NCBI GenBank assembly: GCA_009103225.1
Contig: RHPI01003728.1
Span: 131,719-195,718, forward strand
Reading direction: 5' to 3'
Origin: Chlorokybus atmophyticus
Taxonomy: Eukaryota; Plantae; Mesostigma and Chlorokybus algae
DNA length: 64,000 bases
Shown here in pieces: positions 59,346-64,000 of this stretch. Position numbers and translations under genes: made by a program. How positions within the stretch are numbered: the first letter of the stretch is position 1; each line of letters starts with the position of its first letter. A model generated the notes under the pieces. That model was not told the origin of the DNA. It did not search any database and saw nothing but the letters and a program-made list of their open reading frames with translations.

Positions 59346-62300
59346 GTAGGTACATAGATAGAGTTAATCAGCTGCTTTGCCATATCTCAGTATATAAGAA
59401 CTGTCATCCTTTTCGCGCTTTGATTCTGGTCAAAGCAGGAGGTTTTTGTGCAGGATTGGTTCACCTCACCATACCCGTAGGTGGTGATAGGTGCACTGCA
59501 AAGTGACATGATGAGTTTATAAACCTCTTTATGCGCTAGCCATTCATTCACTGTCACTGAACTTGCTGCCAGGTGAGTGCAATGTCACAATTGGTAAAAT
59601 AAGTGATGCACCCAAGAGTCTCTCGAGTACGCGGTCGTCTGGTTCAATTTGCTTGTTCAAAAAAGTTTGTAAGCGTTGCCTACATTCCAACACGTTGTAG
59701 CAGGCAACCAATGATTATCAGCTGTCAACCATGCTAGATTGTGATGAAGACATGAATGAGAACTAGACAAGACCCACTCAAAGTGCGATGCAACTTGTGC
59801 TATACTGGTGGCGCAATGAATGAGATAATCAGAAACGGCCAACGCTCACAATCACACATCAATTGCCGTAACGGATGTAACACAACTCTCATAAGAATTG
59901 TGTTGTGGAAGCAAGCTCAAGGGCAAACACACGTGCACCACACATGGGTAGTGGTACAGTGAGTAAGTAGAGAGTTGTGCCCAGTGGTGGCTGTTGGCAT
60001 GTGGCGCATGCTGAACGTGTGTAGCGCATCTATATATTGCATGTGCGCAATACCGGTATCCATTTTTATACACGGTCAGAAGGCAAGGTAAGGTGGATCA
60101 TGTGGGGGCCCAAATAGAGCTTGATGACGGACAACCATTTAGACAACCATTTAGACGAAAGGCTTTGGAATACTGACCCTCAGGCCACGGCATGCATTAG
60201 CAAGCAGAGTAGCATCGCAGCAAGGGACAACCTGCAGAGCGCAAGGAGAAGGCAAAGGAAGAGGTTACATTCGGTGGTCCAACATGAGCGGCAGCACGCA
60301 CAACGATGTTGACATTGACGATCACATTTGCTTGAAGCAAGCTGAGCCCTCACACGCTTTAATACAATTGCTACAAGCTCACATGCATATAATGTCATAA
60401 CTTGTGACACACCATTACCGAATCATGTCGTGCTACGCATGACGTAGGACATCAATCAGAATTGATGTAAAGTGGTTGTTATCAAGATATTGATATGCTA
60501 GCTTAACGAAACTAGTGTAATGTTAAAAGGTGTAACTTGTTATAAAAACTTACATTTGCATATGTGAAATGGAGATAACTCTTATATGATGCTATGCACT
60601 ATGCACCCTATGCACTGCATTCATTCACACACATGATGCCATCAAACGTATACAGAAAGCACGTTAGGGTTGGACCGGCAAACACGCAGTCATGCACAAC
60701 AATATTAACTTCACTAGTAACACGCAAAAGGCTCCCAAACTTCCTAACGTGGGAAACGACACCCAATTTTGCACAACACCAGCTTGCACACCCGCACTCA
60801 CCAGGCAGATACCGTCACAGCCAGCCATACTACGTATAGGCTATGCAAATTCTAATCACCTTAATGATCATCACTTATCACCTCTATGTGCAAGCAAGCA
60901 TGAGCTTGATTGCATGTCGAGGTAACCATTGAGCGAACAAATTTGACATTATATTTTGTGCTTTATGATGTGGATATTCGATTAATTGATCTCACATGCA
61001 TATATATTATAACAGCTAACTTATGTCATCACGTGCTATAGCGTATATGTAACTTTATTTAAATATTTAAAGATAATATGAATCATGAAACGAACAAGCA
61101 TAATAGCATGAATGTTACAACTTTCAATGGTACGTGCCGATATGTCGATTTTTCTCGTTATGAAACCTTTGACATGGGTGGGTTGCTTTTTGCGTTTTTT
61201 TGCACTGTTGTCACAGTCAGGATATTCAAGGTATATAAGGACACGTAATTGTACATGCAGCGATGGCCCATGCTAGCTGTGTACATGTGGCGCAACTCTT
61301 GAATATTTTATGTGCTACATCAAGCACACGCACCGAATATGAAGTAATCTTGCTTGTACATAAAACCATAAAGACCATCATATAATAATCATTTCCAACT
61401 TAGCATATGTTGATCAAGTGATATGTTACTAGTCTGATCAACGTGATATGCACTGGATAGAAAAATTGTCAAATATACATGTGTATAAAACTTACGACCA
61501 AGTGAGACGTGATTCCACCAACGATTTGGTCACATTTTGCTTGGTCGTAAATGGTAACAATTGTGCCGCATATTTTGATACAAGGCGCTGTCATTTCTTG
61601 ACAATTATTGTTGAATTTTATGTTTCTGTTTACCCCCCCCCTCCCCCCCCCCAAAATGAGCAATGCATAAACTGTGGTTGGCAATGGTTGAAATCGTAAA
61701 GTTGTACGCTTAATGTATGGTAACAATATTGCTCAGTAGCCGGCGGCGGCTGTCGTGGCTTGCCAACGGTGTAATAAAAGCAGCTCACATGCAACAAATA
61801 TTTAACCATGACGCTCAATTGTTGCCATCACTGCATGCATAACGTAAAAGAGAGGGTCCCCCAGTAGTAGACACACACAAGCAAGCACACACATCATATC
61901 ATCATGCACAACAAGCAATTTATAATGCAACACAAACCCTAGGGCTATGGGGGCTGGCTAGCTAAGTGCACGCCAAACAATTGGGAGGGTTGCTGATAGC
62001 AGCAGGCGCATCAGTTGTACCTGCAGAGTATGGCGTAGAAACAACAGGAGAGGGAGAGGAAAAGGGTTAGGCCCTGACTCGAACTGACCAGAACCACGAT
62101 CATACGACTAGCCCCCTCACCACCAATTGCTTGCCGTTGTGATACAGCCATGCAACTCACAACTCGGCTGCAGGCCATTTTAGTAGCCGTTAGACATACA
62201 AGTAGGGCAAGCAGGGCACAATTCATGCAATATCAGCGGGCATGAAATGCTCCCCACCGTTGTGTGCATACATACTTACCTCCCTTATTCACTTACCAGT

Positions 62301-64000
62301 GTCATCCAACCTGCGGTGTTGCTGTAGCTGATGCAATTGCCTGAAATAAGTGCCTACAAGTGCCATCAAACACAAATCCTGGCCTCGACCACAGCACAGC
62401 ACGTAATGAGACAGAAATGTTCTCATGTCGTAGCTCATAGCCTGCATGTTGTGAGGAGCCTTGTGATTTCTTCTATTTCTTCTGGAAGTGAGCACGACAT
62501 GTGACAATCCTCAGGAACCAAAAGCTCTGCAACACCACCACATTTTTGCTTGATAGCCCGTGCAACGTTTGTAGCTGGATGTGGTGCTCTCATGGTGTCC
62601 GTCCGACGGACACGCAATGGGGACCCCCGGCAAATGCTGGCTCTCTCCCCTTACTGTACAAGCGCGTGATCACACCAATATAGCTGCAGTGCATCACTGC
62701 ATGAAAACCAACAGTATTGGTGAACAGACTTTGCCATTGTGGCTCACGAGCATAGCTTGTACCCAATCACAAGCTACGCACATTGAGGGTATTGGGCAGG
62801 CAAACCGAACAACGTTAAGCAGGTAGCAAGCATTGATGCCACCTGCCAGCGCATGAGTGGCCGGGGCCCTCAGCAGAACTACACTTGTGATGGAACGAGC
62901 AAGATATCGACCAAGCCAGCTCCTCACCTACACAAGCGCCACATTAGGCAAGTTGCCTTGGGGCAACTTAATATGGCGTTCGCTTGGGTTTGATGGGTTG
63001 AGGTCAACTCCCTGCCAAGCATTTCACAAAATGCAACTTCAAGCTTGCAAGACCTTTTTCATTTTCAAAGTGACCAATCCGGTAGATAAACTCCCAGCGA
63101 TGCACTAATACGCAGTCAATGTAGCCACGGCATATATGGGGTTCACGTTGGAGCCGGGGCCAACCTAGCTCATTTGTTAAGGTACATGTATCTTAAGCCA
63201 GGCAACATAGAGTATAGCATTGCAAAACAAAAGCGGCCACATGCGTTGTCATACACACACACACTCAGCCAAGCAAGGACAAGCACAACCATGGCAAATA
63301 CAACCATGGCAACATGAAGCTATTGACCAATGCCAACTGCATTTGTCTTGCCCTCGTGTCAAGGTGCGTGCATACTATAAGATATCCAGCGCTAACTATG
63401 TACATACTCCACAGCATCCATCCCTACCGCATGCCCAAGGGCAAGTGTCTCTGAACCTTGCATTGCTGAAATGGCGAAGGCTTAGACACAGGTGCCATTG
63501 CGCTGCAAGCAGCATGATACATAATTACCATCCGCCTGCTACCCTTCGCAGTCCTGAGAAGCTGGCTCTAGCGGTAGTTCTGCAACAACATCACCAGAGT
63601 GGGACAGGGTTAGAGTGCGTTAACTGGTGAAGCAGTTGGTTGACGTAAACCACACAAACAGCAACACAAGGACATACCGGCTGCTGGAGATATGCCATAG
63701 TATTTGGTTGGGCATACGCGCTGGGTGCCATCTGTCAGCCAAGCCAGTTCATTATCACCGTAATGTCAACCATGCTAGTGGGTGGCAACCAGTCGCGCAT
63801 TGCAGATGATCGCTATGTACTATGTGCAATAGCGCCTTCACACATGCCTGCATTTGCTGGTTGCTGGGTGCTGCTTGCTTTGATCCGCCTTGCTTACTGA
63901 GCGATGCCTTCTCACCCTGCAACAGGCCATGCAAAGTGTTACTTGCCAACACTAAAACATCATGTGTAAGCATGAAAAATGCACAAGTAACATGCTGTCC

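Noticed and set aside
60122-60175. C/D-box snoRNA (TGATGA...CTGA)
   Set aside because: No convincing terminal stem; the interior is a 13-bp tandem duplication with no recognisable rRNA guide
59400-64000. Possible exons of a - strand gene entering from the right (e.g. 62435-62650, 62840-62960, 63540-63590)
   Set aside because: No consistent reading frame or recognisable domain could be assembled

Overview
Intron-rich eukaryotic nuclear DNA from a flagellated green alga. An early-diverging streptophyte is most likely (inference from plant-type telo-boxes AAACCCTA, SUVR3-like and DNAJE1-like genes, plastid-type N-terminal extensions and an RSPH10B-like flagellar gene). Host genes: a protein with about 8 doublecortin-like repeats (-); a packed COX23 / PKR1-like / mnmA trio (+) that looks tricistronic (38-nt spacer, then a TGATG stop-start overlap); CTF8 (-); PP5 (+); RSPH10B-like MORN protein (-); DusA-like (+); DnaJ-type Zn-finger protein (-); carA (+); Dot5/PrxQ-like peroxiredoxin (+); SUVR3-like SET protein (-); a small membrane ORF (+); an NTF2/DUF4440-fold protein (-); and an acidic disordered protein sharing its first exon with the peroxiredoxin (+). 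From about 23 to 37 kb lies an intronless, pseudogenised island best explained as a collapsed endogenous giant-virus (Nucleocytoviricota) relic. It holds family-B DNA polymerase, a KdsD-like isomerase, two inverted Ig-like-repeat genes with discoidin-like and Gly-rich parts, and F-box, P-loop and Bro-N-like remnants. The island is invaded by two ~500-bp TRIM retroelements with tRNA-type A/B-box motifs, a Helitron-like insert, a CACTA-like element and a mariner-type MITE. Two N-gaps are flanked by poly-G/C. All assignments come from manual translation and remembered family motifs; no searches were run.
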